The position numbers and the translations under genes were made by a program. From assembly GCA_963786955.1 (NCBI GenBank), contig CAWBAT010000004.1, positions 352,001 through 416,000 of the forward strand: 64,000 bases of DNA, given 5' to 3'. This document shows, piece after piece, positions 51,936-62,963 of the stretch. This stretch comes from an uncultured Acidimicrobiia bacterium. Its GTDB lineage: Bacteria; Acidobacteriota; Terriglobia; Versatilivoradales; Versatilivoraceae. Every line of letters begins with the position of its first letter. The first letter of the stretch is position 1. Below the pieces are notes generated by a model, which saw nothing but the letters and a program-made list of their open reading frames with translations, was not told the DNA's origin and did not search any database.

Positions 51936-54245
51936 ATGAGAAGAAGAAACTCGAAGAGATTTTCAAATCAAGGGCTTCAGGCCCAAGCGGTGGGGTGTCT
52001 ACTGGAAAATCTGAGGAGCATTATTCCTCTATTGCTGACTCTGACGTGTTTCCACTCCGAACGAGTTCTGGCAACCGTCACTCCCTTTGAAAATTCGCGC
52101 ACTTTTGAACGCCTTTGCCGGGACTTTCGTCAGAAGCAGAGTCCGGAATCCCGAACTCAGTTGCTCAAATTCTGCAAGAAGCCCGATGCCGGTGAATGGG
52201 CTGGTCTAGGGTATTTTCTGGTTGGATTTCAAGATTTCGAGAAAAACAAATTCGATTCCGCGGGAAAGTATTTCTCTTTGGCGGCGCAAGAACCTCTCAC
52301 CATTGAAGATTATACCTTCTATTACTGGGGATCCACTTTGAGCCAGCTCAATCAAAAGGACGAGAGCCAGGAGAAATTGAAACAACTGTTGAAGAATTAT
52401 CCAGACAGCCCTTTCATGCAACGAGGGCGTAAATTGTATTGGGAAAATGCCCTCGCACTTCTAAAACCCAAGCAGGTTTTGGATTCCATTTCAACTATGG
52501 CGGATCTTGAGTCGCAGCCCGAGGCCCTCTACTATCAGGCTCAGGCCTTTGAACAACTGAAGCAATGGCTTGCTGCATTGCAGAACTATACTCGGATCCA
52601 CTTTTTCTTTCCGCTCTATCCTGAACGGGACTCCGTCGACCAAAGGCTGGCACAGCTGGGGGAACAGAACCCCAGCCTGATCGTTGACGTACCGCAGGAA
52701 TGGAGAATGACCCGAATCGAAAACCTTTTTGCTGGCAAACGCTACCGAGAGACTTTGAAAGACTTGGAACATCTAGCCAGGTTGGACCCACCGTTCAGCA
52801 GGGCTGCTCAATTTCAATTTTGGCAGGGGATGTCGTTGTTCGGATCGAAAAGATATTATGAGGCGATCCAGACGCTCGGCCAGTTGAATATGCCCCAATC
52901 CGAAATGGCCGCACAGGCCGCTTTCACGGTTGGGGAATGCTATCGAAAGCTTGAGAACTACTCCCAATTCAAGGGCAGCGTTGAGAAAATGGAATTGCTT
53001 TTTCCCAACTCGCGCTGGCTGGAAGAGGCCTACTTTAGTATTGGCAATTACAATCTGGTCCAGCGGAATCTCGATGAATCCGTCCGTTACTATCAGAAAA
53101 TCGTAGAGAAATTCCCTGATGGCAGGCATGTCAAAGATGCGCTGTGGAGAATCGCCTGGCGGCTCTATCGAGAAAAGAAATATCAGCTGGCGCTCGATAT
53201 GTTTCTTGGCCAACGGGATCGCTTCCGTGAATCTGAGTATCGACTGGCCGTCATGTATTGGTCGGCGCGATGTCAAGAGCTGCTTGGAAGGACTCCTGAA
53301 GCCATTGCGCAATACCAGGAGAGTATTCAAAGATTTCCGCATCACTTCTATGGGCAAATGGCTGAGAAGCGATTGGAAGTCTTGAAACCGGGAGTTCCCA
53401 TTGAAAACCCTACGACGGTTAAAACTGACGTTTCTAGCCGGGAAACTGCCGTCGACGCTATGGTTTCAGGTCAAAAGCTCATCGAAACTTGGCCCCGGGT
53501 GAAGGCACTCGTGTCAATGCAACTTTTTGAACTGGCCGGAAGAGAGCTCATGCGGTCCCATCTTTACGGCTCTTCGCCGTCCATCGACTTTCAAGTGGCA
53601 CGTTTCTTTTACCTGGACAATAACTTTTCCCTATCAATCCAAAGGCTGCGCCGTCTGCTACCTAATTATACGGAGTTAGCCTATGCTTCTTTGCCTGAAG
53701 AGGTTTGGCAGATGTTTTATCCCATTGATTTTCAGGCCGCCGTTTCGCGTGAAGCCCAGCGCGAGCAGGTTGATCCCTACTTGGTCCTGGGATTAATTCG
53801 GCAGGAATCCATATTTAATCCTCGCGCGCTGTCTGCGGCCAATGCCCATGGACTCATGCAGCTTTTGCCCTCGACAGCCCGGAAAGTTGCGCGGGAGATG
53901 AGAATACCCCAGCCCAATGCTGCGCGGCTGCAGGATCCGGACTTGAATATCCGTATCGGAACGCGGTATTTTGCTGACCTCCTGAAGCAGTTTGGGGGGC
54001 AAGAAGATAAGGCGCTGGCCAGTTACAACGCCGGGGAACGTCGTGTCGAGTCCTGGTTAAGTGAAGGAGACTATGCTGACAGCGCGGAATTTATTGAGAC
54101 CATTCCTTTCACTGAAACTCGAAACTACGTCAAAATTATTTATCGAAATTACTGGTTTTATCGGAAACTTTATGGCGGCTCGAACGCGCCTAAACAGGGA
54201 AGGATCGCTGGGTCAGTTGAGAGCCCCTCCGCGCAAAACCAATGA
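51936..54245 (+). CDS. TPR-containing soluble lytic transglycosylase
   Basis: IRQES, GLMQL, ASYNAG, ETRNYV. Confidence 0.9.
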   Translation: MRRRNSKRFSNQGLQAQAVGCLLENLRSIIPLLLTLTCFHSERVLATVTPFENSRTFERLCRDFRQKQSPESRTQLLKFCKKPDAGEWAGLGYFLVGFQDFEKNKFDSAGKYFSLAAQEPLTIEDYTFYYWGSTLSQLNQKDESQEKLKQLLKNYPDSPFMQRGRKLYWENALALLKPKQVLDSISTMADLESQPEALYYQAQAFEQLKQWLAALQNYTRIHFFFPLYPERDSVDQRLAQLGEQNPSLIVDVPQEWRMTRIENLFAGKRYRETLKDLEHLARLDPPFSRAAQFQFWQGMSLFGSKRYYEAIQTLGQLNMPQSEMAAQAAFTVGECYRKLENYSQFKGSVEKMELLFPNSRWLEEAYFSIGNYNLVQRNLDESVRYYQKIVEKFPDGRHVKDALWRIAWRLYREKKYQLALDMFLGQRDRFRESEYRLAVMYWSARCQELLGRTPEAIAQYQESIQRFPHHFYGQMAEKRLEVLKPGVPIENPTTVKTDVSSRETAVDAMVSGQKLIETWPRVKALVSMQLFELAGRELMRSHLYGSSPSIDFQVARFFYLDNNFSLSIQRLRRLLPNYTELAYASLPEEVWQMFYPIDFQAAVSREAQREQVDPYLVLGLIRQESIFNPRALSAANAHGLMQLLPSTARKVAREMRIPQPNAARLQDPDLNIRIGTRYFADLLKQFGGQEDKALASYNAGERRVESWLSEGDYADSAEFIETIPFTETRNYVKIIYRNYWFYRKLYGGSNAPKQGRIAGSVESPSAQNQ

Positions 54246-54363
54246 TAAAGGATACGGTAATTAGCCCATTTGCTTTCCCTGCAACCGAATGGATTGCCGC
54301 AACAGAGGCCGCCATTGTGGATGCGTCGGACACGAAACTTATTCGCCATCGGTTCCTGGGGTC

Positions 54364-55530
54364 ATGAAGCAGCTTATTTCATCGAAACCGCTACAGTTCA
54401 CTGAATCCGTCATCCGTGAGATGACTCGGCAGGCCTTACTCTACAATGCCGTTAACTTGTCGCAAGGCTATCCCGACTTCCCCGCCCCTCTCGCGGTGAA
54501 AGAAGCCGCCATCCAGGCGATTCAAAATGACATTAATCAGTACAGTATTACATGGGGAGCACCGAACCTGCGCCATGCTATTGCGGAGAGGCTAGGAGAT
54601 TTGACTGGATTGAGTTTTGATCCACAGACCGAGGTCACGGTGTGCTGCGGCTCAACCGAAGGAATGATCGCGTCGTTGCTGGCCATTATCAATCCCGGTG
54701 ATGAAGTGATTATTTTTGAGCCCTTTTATGAGAACTATAATCCGGACGCTATTCTCTCCGGGGCCACTCGCCGCTACGTCAAATTGAGTCCACCAGACTG
54801 GAGCTTCGATCCGGAAGAGCTGGCCGCTGCTTTTAATCCAAACACCAAAGCCATTATCATCAATACGCCCAATAACCCAACCGGTAAAGTTTTTCGGCGA
54901 GAGGAACTGGAACAGATTGCCGCCCTCTGTATCAAATGGGACGCGGTGGCCATTACCGATGAGATCTACGACCACATCGTTTATGACGGATGTGACCATG
55001 TGCGGATGCTGACTTTGGACGGGATGAGGGAAAGAACCATCACAATCAACAGCCTCTCAAAGACCTTCAGCGTTACAGGGTGGAGAGTGGGATATGTCGT
55101 GGCAGCCCCGAAACTCGCGTCCGCTATTCGCAAGGTACATGACTTTCTGACGGTGGGTGCCGCTCACCCACTCCAAGAGGCCGGAGCCATCGCCTTACGA
55201 TCAGGCAGAGGTTATTACCAGGAACTCCGCCGCCAATACACGGAGCGACGAGATTTATTGCTGAAGATCTTGCGCGAAGTGGGCTTCCAATGTTTCATCC
55301 CTCAGGGAGCCTACTACATCATGACCTCCATTGAGTCTTTTGAGTTCCCCAATGATGTGGCGTTTGCTGAATACCTGGTACGGGAAGTCGGTGTGGCCAC
55401 GGTTCCCGGAAGCAGTTTCTATCAAAACTCGAGTGATGGGAATCTGCAGGTCCGTTTCTGCTTCTGTAAGAAAGATGAAACGCTTCTTGAAGCCGGAAGA
55501 CGATTGCGAAAATTGCAGAAGAGGAGATGA
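54364..55530 (+). CDS. Class I/II PLP aminotransferase
   Basis: NLSQGYPD, NTPNNPTG, DEIY, SKTFSVTGWRVG. Confidence 0.9.
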   Translation: MKQLISSKPLQFTESVIREMTRQALLYNAVNLSQGYPDFPAPLAVKEAAIQAIQNDINQYSITWGAPNLRHAIAERLGDLTGLSFDPQTEVTVCCGSTEGMIASLLAIINPGDEVIIFEPFYENYNPDAILSGATRRYVKLSPPDWSFDPEELAAAFNPNTKAIIINTPNNPTGKVFRREELEQIAALCIKWDAVAITDEIYDHIVYDGCDHVRMLTLDGMRERTITINSLSKTFSVTGWRVGYVVAAPKLASAIRKVHDFLTVGAAHPLQEAGAIALRSGRGYYQELRRQYTERRDLLLKILREVGFQCFIPQGAYYIMTSIESFEFPNDVAFAEYLVREVGVATVPGSSFYQNSSDGNLQVRFCFCKKDETLLEAGRRLRKLQKRR

Positions 55531-55541
55531 ATGCTTCAGCG

Positions 55542-57308
55542 CTAAAACTGCAAAGGGAGCTTGTGAGTTGCGCGACGGGCTCTCGAACGTTCTGAACCCA
55601 CCAGTTCTTTGGACTCGGGGGCCCATTTCAGGAAATCAAAATCACAGCCTTCGTTGGCCTGCTGGATATGTTCAATGAACATCTTCCCGTATCCCCGGTC
55701 ATAATGAGGAGCGGGAGGTTCCCAGGTTTCCAGCCGCCGCCGAATCTCTTCTTCAGGTACGAGCAAGTTCAACTGCCGTTTGAGAACGTCGAGTTCGATC
55801 AAGTCTCCATTTTGAACCACCGCCAGAGGTCCCCCGATTGCTGCTTCTGGGCAAATATGCAAGACAGCCGTTCCATAGCTGGTTCCACTCATGCGAGCAT
55901 CGCTGATTCGAACCATATCTTCCACCCCTTCCTTCAAGAGCTTAGCAGGGATCGGGAGGTTCCCCCATTCGGGCATTCCAGGTCCCCCAACGGGCCCTCC
56001 GTACTTCAACACTAAGACACAATCGGCATCGACGTCCAGGTTGGGATCGTCCAGGCGATTCTTCAAGTCCTCATAGTCTTCAAACACGACGGCTCTCCCC
56101 GTATGCTGCATCAGTCTTGGGGAGGCGGCACTTTGCTTGATGACGGCGCTACCCGGGGCTAAGTTTCCGTAAAGAATCACGGTGCCCCCCTGCGGCTGAA
56201 TGGGGTTCTTCATCGAGCGAATCACGTCGGGGTTATGACATTGCGCATTGAGAATATTTTCCGCCATGGTTTTGCCAGTCACGGTGAGTGCCCCCCCATG
56301 CAAGAGTGGTGCTATTTCTTTCATCACGGCGGGGACACCCCCCGCGTAGTAAAAATCCTCCATCAAATGCTTTCCTGAGGGACGGATATTGGCGAGAAAT
56401 GGAGTCGTTCGAGAGATCTCGTCAAAAAGATCTAGCGGAAGCTTAAGACCCAATCGGCCCGCAAACGCAACCAGGTGAATGATGGCATTGGTGGAGCCCC
56501 CGATGGCCATGTTGACTCGTATCCCGTTCTCCAAAGCCATTCGAGTCAGGATCTTGGTCGGGCGAAGATCCTCAGCAACCATTTGAACGATGCGAGCGCC
56601 GCTCAGTTCAGCCATGGAATAACGACGTGAGTCGGCCGCCGGGATACTGGCACAACCCGTCAAGGTCATTCCCAAAGCTTCGACAATGCTGGTCATCGTC
56701 GAGGCAGTTCCCATTGTCATGCAATGACCGGCACTGCGCGACATGCAGCTTTCAATTTCACAGAATTCTTCTTCACTGATGCGTCCGGCGCGCAACTCGT
56801 CCCAGAAATGCCACACATCAGAACCGGAACCGATTTCTTGATTTTTCCAGATTCCCTTCAGCATGGGTCCGCCAGTCACCATAATTGCGGGCAGATCCGC
56901 ACTAATGGCCCCCATGAGCTGGGCCGGGGTTGTTTTATCACAACCGCAGAGCAAGACGACTCCATCCAAAGGGTTCGCACGAATCGACTCTTCGACATCC
57001 ATGGCCATGAGGTTGCGGAACATCATGGTGGAGGGCCTCATGAATGGTTCTCCCAAGGAAATTGTCGGGAACTCCAGAGGAAACCCTCCAGCAGCCCACA
57101 CCCCGCGCTTCACGGCATCGGCAACTTGTCGCAAATGAGCATTACAATTTGTCAGCTCACTCCAGGAGTTGCAGATCCCGATGACCGGCTTGTTTTGAAA
57201 CACGGCACTGCTGAACCCTTCCGTGCGCATCCAGGACCGGTGGATGAATCCGAGCTTGTCCTTCCGACCAAACCAATCCGCACTGCGAAGCTTCCTGACC
57301 TCATTCAC
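55542..57308 (-). CDS. IlvD/Edd family sugar-acid dehydratase (L-arabinonate dehydratase-like)
   Basis: CNAHLR, GCDKTTP, CMTMGTAST, SDARMSGT. Confidence 0.88.
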   Translation of the reverse strand: MNEVRKLRSADWFGRKDKLGFIHRSWMRTEGFSSAVFQNKPVIGICNSWSELTNCNAHLRQVADAVKRGVWAAGGFPLEFPTISLGEPFMRPSTMMFRNLMAMDVEESIRANPLDGVVLLCGCDKTTPAQLMGAISADLPAIMVTGGPMLKGIWKNQEIGSGSDVWHFWDELRAGRISEEEFCEIESCMSRSAGHCMTMGTASTMTSIVEALGMTLTGCASIPAADSRRYSMAELSGARIVQMVAEDLRPTKILTRMALENGIRVNMAIGGSTNAIIHLVAFAGRLGLKLPLDLFDEISRTTPFLANIRPSGKHLMEDFYYAGGVPAVMKEIAPLLHGGALTVTGKTMAENILNAQCHNPDVIRSMKNPIQPQGGTVILYGNLAPGSAVIKQSAASPRLMQHTGRAVVFEDYEDLKNRLDDPNLDVDADCVLVLKYGGPVGGPGMPEWGNLPIPAKLLKEGVEDMVRISDARMSGTSYGTAVLHICPEAAIGGPLAVVQNGDLIELDVLKRQLNLLVPEEEIRRRLETWEPPAPHYDRGYGKMFIEHIQQANEGCDFDFLKWAPESKELVGSERSRARRATHKLPLQF

Positions 57309-57675
57309 GCCGCCACCTCAACTGGAGAGATAAAAGCATCAGCAAAGATTTCTAAAATAGCACAAAGAGGCCCCCAGGGCATCCTTGAGTCTTCAGGTCC
57401 AAGGTCGAGGGGCTTCAAGTTTACAGAAATTGTCGAAGTTGACTCCCTGCCGATTCGAAGAGAGGGCGGGTGCTGGGCATAAACCTTTAGACTTCCATAT
57501 TGGTCCCAAAACCACTTGATTTTTAGTCCCGCACTCTAAATTTCAGAATTTGGACTTTGGGCCTTTGACCTTGGACCATTGACCTTTTTGATGAAGGCTT
57601 TTTTTCACCACTTTTTAAGCACCCTGCTTTATAATCCAGGCAAGTTTGGTGGTATTTCAAAGAGGTATCCTTCTG

Positions 57676-58965
57676 ATGAGCATAGTTCCTGACGATGTCA
57701 TGGCAATTGTATTAGGTGGGGGAAAAGGGGAACGTTTATTCCCTTTAACCCAGTACCGGTCCAAACCAGCCGTTCCGCTTGCTGGCAAGTATCGGATCGT
57801 CGACATCCCGCTCAGCAATTGTATCAACTCAAACATTCGCAGGATTTTTGTGCTGACCCAGTTCAATTCAGCCTCACTCAATCGACACCTTGCCCGGACG
57901 TATCGTTTTGATAATTTCTCGCAAGGCTTTGTAAACACTTTGGCAGCCGAGCAAACTCCGGAAAACCAGAACTGGTTTCAGGGCACGGCAGACGCTGTCC
58001 GACAAAGCATTCGCCATTTTTCGGACATTGAGGCCTCCCATGTATTGATTCTATCTGGCGACCAACTTTACCAGATGGACTTTCAAAAGCTCATACAGTT
58101 TCACTCCAGAAGCCGCGCCGATATTACTGTCTCGACAATTCCTGTACCGCGAGACCAGGCTTCGATGCTTGGCATTCTCAAAACGAGAGATGACAATCAA
58201 ATTGTCCACTTTCACGAGAAGCCTGGGGAACAAGAATTGAGCGGCTTGGAAAGCCAACTCAGTGTTGGTTCTATGACCGAGCAATTTCCCGAGGGAAAGG
58301 CCTTCCTAGCCTCAATGGGCATCTATGTTTTCAGTAAACAGATGCTGATCGAAGTCTTAAATGCCAGCATTGAACACGATTTTGGAAAACACATCATCCC
58401 GGAGTCGATTCACAAGTATCGGGTCATGAGTTATCCATTCTTTGGGTATTGGACAGATATCGGAACCATCCGGTCCTTTTATGAAGCCAACCTGGACTTA
58501 ACGTCGACCCTGCCTAAGTTCAATTTCTATAGTTCTCGCTACCCTATCTATACCCGTGCCAGGCTTCTCCCTGGCTCAAAGGTCAACGACTGCAATCTAC
58601 ATCAATGCGTTATTTCTGACGGATGTTTCCTGGATGGTGCTGATATCCGGCACTCGATTATCGGCCTCCGCAGTCGGATTGGGGCGGGAACAACGATCAC
58701 CAATTCTTACATCATGGGTGCGGATTATTATGAAACGGTAGAGGAAATCGAAGGAAATGTGCGTGCTGGACAACCGAACATTGGAATCGGGAGTAATACG
58801 GAAATCAGCGACGCGATCATCGACAAGAACGCTCGCATTGGGGATAACGTCAAGATCGTTAATTCGAAGGGGTTAGATTATTTCGATAGCGCGAATTATT
58901 ATGTGAGAGACCGAATCACTGTCATTCCAAAAGGCGCAGTCCTTTCCAACGGAACCGTGATCTGA
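57676..58965 (+). CDS. glgC: Glucose-1-phosphate adenylyltransferase
   Basis: GGGKGERLFPLT, KPAVP, WFQGTADAV, ASMGIY. Confidence 0.95.
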   Translation: MSIVPDDVMAIVLGGGKGERLFPLTQYRSKPAVPLAGKYRIVDIPLSNCINSNIRRIFVLTQFNSASLNRHLARTYRFDNFSQGFVNTLAAEQTPENQNWFQGTADAVRQSIRHFSDIEASHVLILSGDQLYQMDFQKLIQFHSRSRADITVSTIPVPRDQASMLGILKTRDDNQIVHFHEKPGEQELSGLESQLSVGSMTEQFPEGKAFLASMGIYVFSKQMLIEVLNASIEHDFGKHIIPESIHKYRVMSYPFFGYWTDIGTIRSFYEANLDLTSTLPKFNFYSSRYPIYTRARLLPGSKVNDCNLHQCVISDGCFLDGADIRHSIIGLRSRIGAGTTITNSYIMGADYYETVEEIEGNVRAGQPNIGIGSNTEISDAIIDKNARIGDNVKIVNSKGLDYFDSANYYVRDRITVIPKGAVLSNGTVI

Positions 58966-58990
58966 ACTACATATGGATGGATCCCTGTAA

Positions 58991-59866
58991 TCACTGCATT
59001 GGAGACTGGCCTGGCCTTATAGGTCTTGGCGCTGGGGTAACAACACCTGGGTTTGAAACACCGATGCCACCCTGTCCAGGGCCAGCCTGACCGGGAGGGC
59101 GTTGGCCCTGCGGCAAGCCTCCTCCTGTCACGGAACCGCCAGTAACAAAGACGAATTCCCACTCACTATATTTTGACTTTCCGTTAAAAGTCTTAATCGA
59201 CTCCTTCTGGCTGGAACTGGCAACTCCCACGATCCCACCCAAGACTGGAGTGAATGGAGATGAGGACGATCCGCTTTGAGATTGGGTCGAAAGGCCGCCT
59301 ACATTCCCGCCAGCCTGGTTGCGGGAAGGACCTTGAGCCCCTCCTTGGTTTCCGTATCCAGATCCTGAAGCGGGTGAGCCGAATGGAGACTGAGGACCAG
59401 AACTCAAAGAATTTGACTTGGCTTGTGACGGCGAGTCATATGGCGTGGAACCCGAAGAATTGCCCCCAGACGGCAGGCTCATTCCCTGGATCGAGCCATC
59501 TGGCCCCATTTTGATGAACCGCCAATCATAGGCGTTGGTGATCGGGTCTTTCCATTTCTTTCTCAAGAACCGGGTGTTATCTGTGCTTAATAATGCATCG
59601 ACAGTCGTCGGAAACGTACCCGGGAATTTCCGGTGCCAAAGTTCAATCGCTCGCATGAATTGTTTTCCACGAAAGATCAGTTCCTCTTCCCTTTCCCGTT
59701 GAATGGCCTTTTGCCAGTTAATCACGGCTGCCGTGAGTGTCACTAGCAACACGGAAGTAAAAACGGCCACGACGGCTAGCATGTACCCGCGCTCACTTCT
59801 GACATCTCGGCAAGAATCAGATGTCAACACCTTGGCCTTTCGGATTGTTCCGGTATTTGGTTTCAA
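58991..59866 (-). CDS. Pseudopilin-like type II secretion / T4P protein with Gly/Ser-rich tail
   Basis: ERG-YML prepilin-like cleavage, REREEELIFRG, FLRKKWKDP. Confidence 0.7.
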   Translation of the reverse strand: MKPNTGTIRKAKVLTSDSCRDVRSERGYMLAVVAVFTSVLLVTLTAAVINWQKAIQREREEELIFRGKQFMRAIELWHRKFPGTFPTTVDALLSTDNTRFLRKKWKDPITNAYDWRFIKMGPDGSIQGMSLPSGGNSSGSTPYDSPSQAKSNSLSSGPQSPFGSPASGSGYGNQGGAQGPSRNQAGGNVGGLSTQSQSGSSSSPFTPVLGGIVGVASSSQKESIKTFNGKSKYSEWEFVFVTGGSVTGGGLPQGQRPPGQAGPGQGGIGVSNPGVVTPAPRPIRPGQSPMQ

Positions 59867-59987
59867 TATTAGCCTCTATTGTCTCCGGGATGCTTCTTAG
59901 TCGCCGACCCATCCTCCGGCAAGGCTAAGGCAGACCATCCAAGTCAGGCTGCTAAGCAGAGAACCTTTGCCGAGGATCCCCATGGAT

Positions 59988-60647
59988 TCACTGGGTCGTG
60001 AGGTTGATTTGACGGCGTAATTTTGACCCAACATCCTCAATTTCAGCGGTCGTATCGCCGATCTTGATAATGCGATAACGACTCGCCAACAAATCTCCCT
60101 CAGAAGCAAAAAAAACCGTATCTCCTTCGGAAAAGAATCCCTGGCGCTTCTTTCGCATGGGATCGAAGGCAGTGCCAAAGAACTTCAGGTTAATGACGGC
60201 TGTTGGTGTCACGGGTGCTCGCCCAAACCCCGGACCAGGATTGATTGCTCCCGGAGTATCAGGTCCCTCAGGCGCAGCGGATCCAGCAGGCCTCTTATTG
60301 CGTAGGTTTCCGGCAGAAGAGATCCGCTCTGCGGGAGCCGACTCCTGGGAGAACATGTTTCTCGCATTTAATGGGCTCCCCGGGTCAAAACCTTCCAACA
60401 GTTCCAAATGAATGGTGGGATCAATGTCCTGAAACGAAGTTTCTTTTCTGCCTCCGGATTTCTTAGGGTTTCTTTTTAAATAGATATCCTTTAAATCAAG
60501 GACTGCCGGCGATTTGACTGCCTGACCAACCGAATCTTTCCCAGGAGTATCATTGGATTGGAAAAACACCCGATAGAGGGAAAACAGCAAGATGATGAAG
60601 AGTCCTCCCAAAAGGATGAGCTGCATTCTTTTTCGGTTCGCTCTCAT
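59988..60647 (-). CDS. PilP-like membrane-anchored protein
   Basis: TM helix, RNMF, LKFFG; position after pilO-like gene. Confidence 0.55.
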   Translation of the reverse strand: MRANRKRMQLILLGGLFIILLFSLYRVFFQSNDTPGKDSVGQAVKSPAVLDLKDIYLKRNPKKSGGRKETSFQDIDPTIHLELLEGFDPGSPLNARNMFSQESAPAERISSAGNLRNKRPAGSAAPEGPDTPGAINPGPGFGRAPVTPTAVINLKFFGTAFDPMRKKRQGFFSEGDTVFFASEGDLLASRYRIIKIGDTTAEIEDVGSKLRRQINLTTQ

Positions 60648-61243
60648 AGTTGTACAGGGAACAAGGTAGAGAGATTGACATCCAACCGAATGGTCCCAGT
60701 CCCTTCTCTCTCGGAAATTAAGGCCATTGAATCGATCATGATGAACTTCTCATGGGTCTCCAGCATGTTGAGAAAATTCCGGATATTCGCGTAACTGCCT
60801 TCAATAGGCAAAGTGATGGTCATCCGTTGCAAGCCAAAAACCGGTTCCTGGTCCAAGCGATAGCCGACACGATTTCTGGTTAGCCCGGCTTCGGCCGAAA
60901 TTTGGTCAAGCTCCTGGAGGAGTTCAGAAGCCATTTTCTCTTTTGGAAAAAGGAACTCATCCGTGAACCGCTGATAACGCAGATGAGACTCGTTGAATTG
61001 TCGAGCGATCTCTCGGATTGCATTTAAGGTGGCTGTTCGGCGACTCAGCTGAAGACGCATCTGTTCTCGTCGCGCAGCTTCTCCGTTGGCTGCCTCGACT
61101 TCCGTGCGTACGAGGAAAAAATACACCGGAAGGTTCAAGAAAAGCAGTCCCATCAGCACCGAGAAAGCTATCCTTTGCGTTCTGGCGTTAAGAACCATTT
61201 TCATCGGCCGCTTTCGGCTTTTTGAAATTCTAGCAGTGTCCAT
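60644..61243 (-). CDS. pilO: PilO-like protein
   Basis: TM + coiled coil, GSYANIRNFL. Confidence 0.7.
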   Translation of the reverse strand: MDTARISKSRKRPMKMVLNARTQRIAFSVLMGLLFLNLPVYFFLVRTEVEAANGEAARREQMRLQLSRRTATLNAIREIARQFNESHLRYQRFTDEFLFPKEKMASELLQELDQISAEAGLTRNRVGYRLDQEPVFGLQRMTITLPIEGSYANIRNFLNMLETHEKFIMIDSMALISEREGTGTIRLDVNLSTLFPVQL

Positions 61244-61247
61244 CGGC

Positions 61248-61829
61248 TCAAGATTGCTTCTTGATTTGACCCAAATATTTCACGACAACTCCCATCTCTC
61301 TCCCAACGAAACCCGGATTTTTTGAAAGGTCTTCATACATGGGGCTGACATCGATAAACTTCCCGGAGTTTTCCAGGTTTAACACAAACTGAATCATCTC
61401 TTGAGTGTTTCGTCCTTTTACGACAATCTCGATCACCAGGTCTTTTCCTCGAACCTGTGGTTTTATGGAGGCAAGTTGAAGATTCGGAGGGGTCAATTTT
61501 TCAAGATCATTCAGAAGGCGTGTCCAAGAGAACGTTCGCCGGTTAATGATTTGATTAATGTACTCAACCCGGTCTAAGAAATCAGAAGTTTCGGCTGTCT
61601 GAAGTGTCCGCAACAGCTTTTCCTCTTCCTTGCCTATTGCATCCAGCCTCATTTGATCGTTCGATAAACTCTCGACAAAAACCTTACGCCGTTCGTGGCT
61701 GGACCGATATGCAGAAAAGTTCCAGGAAGACACGATCAAAAGCAGACCCAGCAGAAAACCCACAATGAGGTAGAACTTGCGGTAATTGACGAACGGTCGA
61801 GAGGAAAGGTTTATATCAATTTTCATCAA
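61248..61829 (-). CDS. pilN: PilN-like protein
   Basis: INLSSRPF, SWTRLLNDLE. Confidence 0.7.
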   Translation of the reverse strand: MMKIDINLSSRPFVNYRKFYLIVGFLLGLLLIVSSWNFSAYRSSHERRKVFVESLSNDQMRLDAIGKEEEKLLRTLQTAETSDFLDRVEYINQIINRRTFSWTRLLNDLEKLTPPNLQLASIKPQVRGKDLVIEIVVKGRNTQEMIQFVLNLENSGKFIDVSPMYEDLSKNPGFVGREMGVVVKYLGQIKKQS

Positions 61830-61830
61830 T

Positions 61831-62835
61831 TCAGTTCCTCCCTAGAGCCAGTCCTAGAGACGATAATACTTGATGTCTCAGGTTCTTCAACTCGGCATGC
61901 TGTGGAGAATGAACAAACTTCATCAGATCCAGGGCTTCAACTGGGGTTTGCAATGTTTCTGAGAGCGTGGACAATACCGTTAACGGGACTTCCTGATGGC
62001 AGGCCACGTAAATTTTGGCGAGTGGCTGTGAACTCAGCTTGTCCTGGTAATAAATGACACAAGGATAAAGTTCGTCATAGATTTCCTGGTACTGCGTTGG
62101 GGCCGGTTTGGGGGCCGTCCGAGTCATAGCGGGGTCTTCATCCCCATTTCTCTCGGAATGCCGGAAGAATGAAACTCTCCCTTCCTGCATGATCAACGAA
62201 GAGGTGTCTGTAGCCCCTAAGCGAAGCAGGAGAAGCGATTTTTGAACGCCTTCAGGATCGAGGTGCGCCAGGAATTCAAATGCCGCAAATGACGAGAGAG
62301 TAATGTACCCTATTTGAATTCCCATTTTCTGAAAAACCTCTTCAAACTGATTCAAGACTTCCCGGCAAATACAAACCGTCAGGAGAACATGCTTTCCATT
62401 TGAGGCTTTCCTTTCCCAATAGGAAAGATGGGCTTCCTCTACATTAAAAGGCACGGCTTTCTTGAGTTTCCACTTCAAGAGCTGTTGCCTTTCATTTTCG
62501 CTTGAAGGCAGCGTATCCATGATATGGATCGCAGACTTGGCTGATGCATCGGGAATGGCGAGGGACATCTTCACCGATTTGACTTCGGCTTTAGCAATCG
62601 CTGTCTTCATGGCAGCAACGAATTCAGGAATAGAAGCAATGTTGGGTTTTGTCAAAGAAGGAACAATGAGCCCTTGAGGCAAAGGAATCACGGCGAACCG
62701 ATCTATCAGCTTCGGCTGCTTCGAATCCAGGCGGACGAGTGAAACAGCCTGGCGCGAAATTTCACAGGCAACTGCAGGGAGCTGTGGTTCAAAAAACCGC
62801 TGGATTTTGCCTTTTAATCGTTGTTGGAGCATCAC
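61831..62835 (-). CDS. pilM: PilM-like protein
   Basis: Actin-like fold pattern, LAIPD, KKAVPF; order M-N-O. Confidence 0.7.
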   Translation of the reverse strand: MMLQQRLKGKIQRFFEPQLPAVACEISRQAVSLVRLDSKQPKLIDRFAVIPLPQGLIVPSLTKPNIASIPEFVAAMKTAIAKAEVKSVKMSLAIPDASAKSAIHIMDTLPSSENERQQLLKWKLKKAVPFNVEEAHLSYWERKASNGKHVLLTVCICREVLNQFEEVFQKMGIQIGYITLSSFAAFEFLAHLDPEGVQKSLLLLRLGATDTSSLIMQEGRVSFFRHSERNGDEDPAMTRTAPKPAPTQYQEIYDELYPCVIYYQDKLSSQPLAKIYVACHQEVPLTVLSTLSETLQTPVEALDLMKFVHSPQHAELKNLRHQVLSSLGLALGRN

Positions 62836-62963
62836 ATCCTTCTCGGCATTAGAACTTCAAGGGCTCCCCTGTACGGGGGGGGAATCCCCTCATCTTGCTT
62901 CAACTCAAGGCTAGACCCGAATTCATCTAAGTGATTTGTCAATGAGGGCAATTCCTCTTTCCG

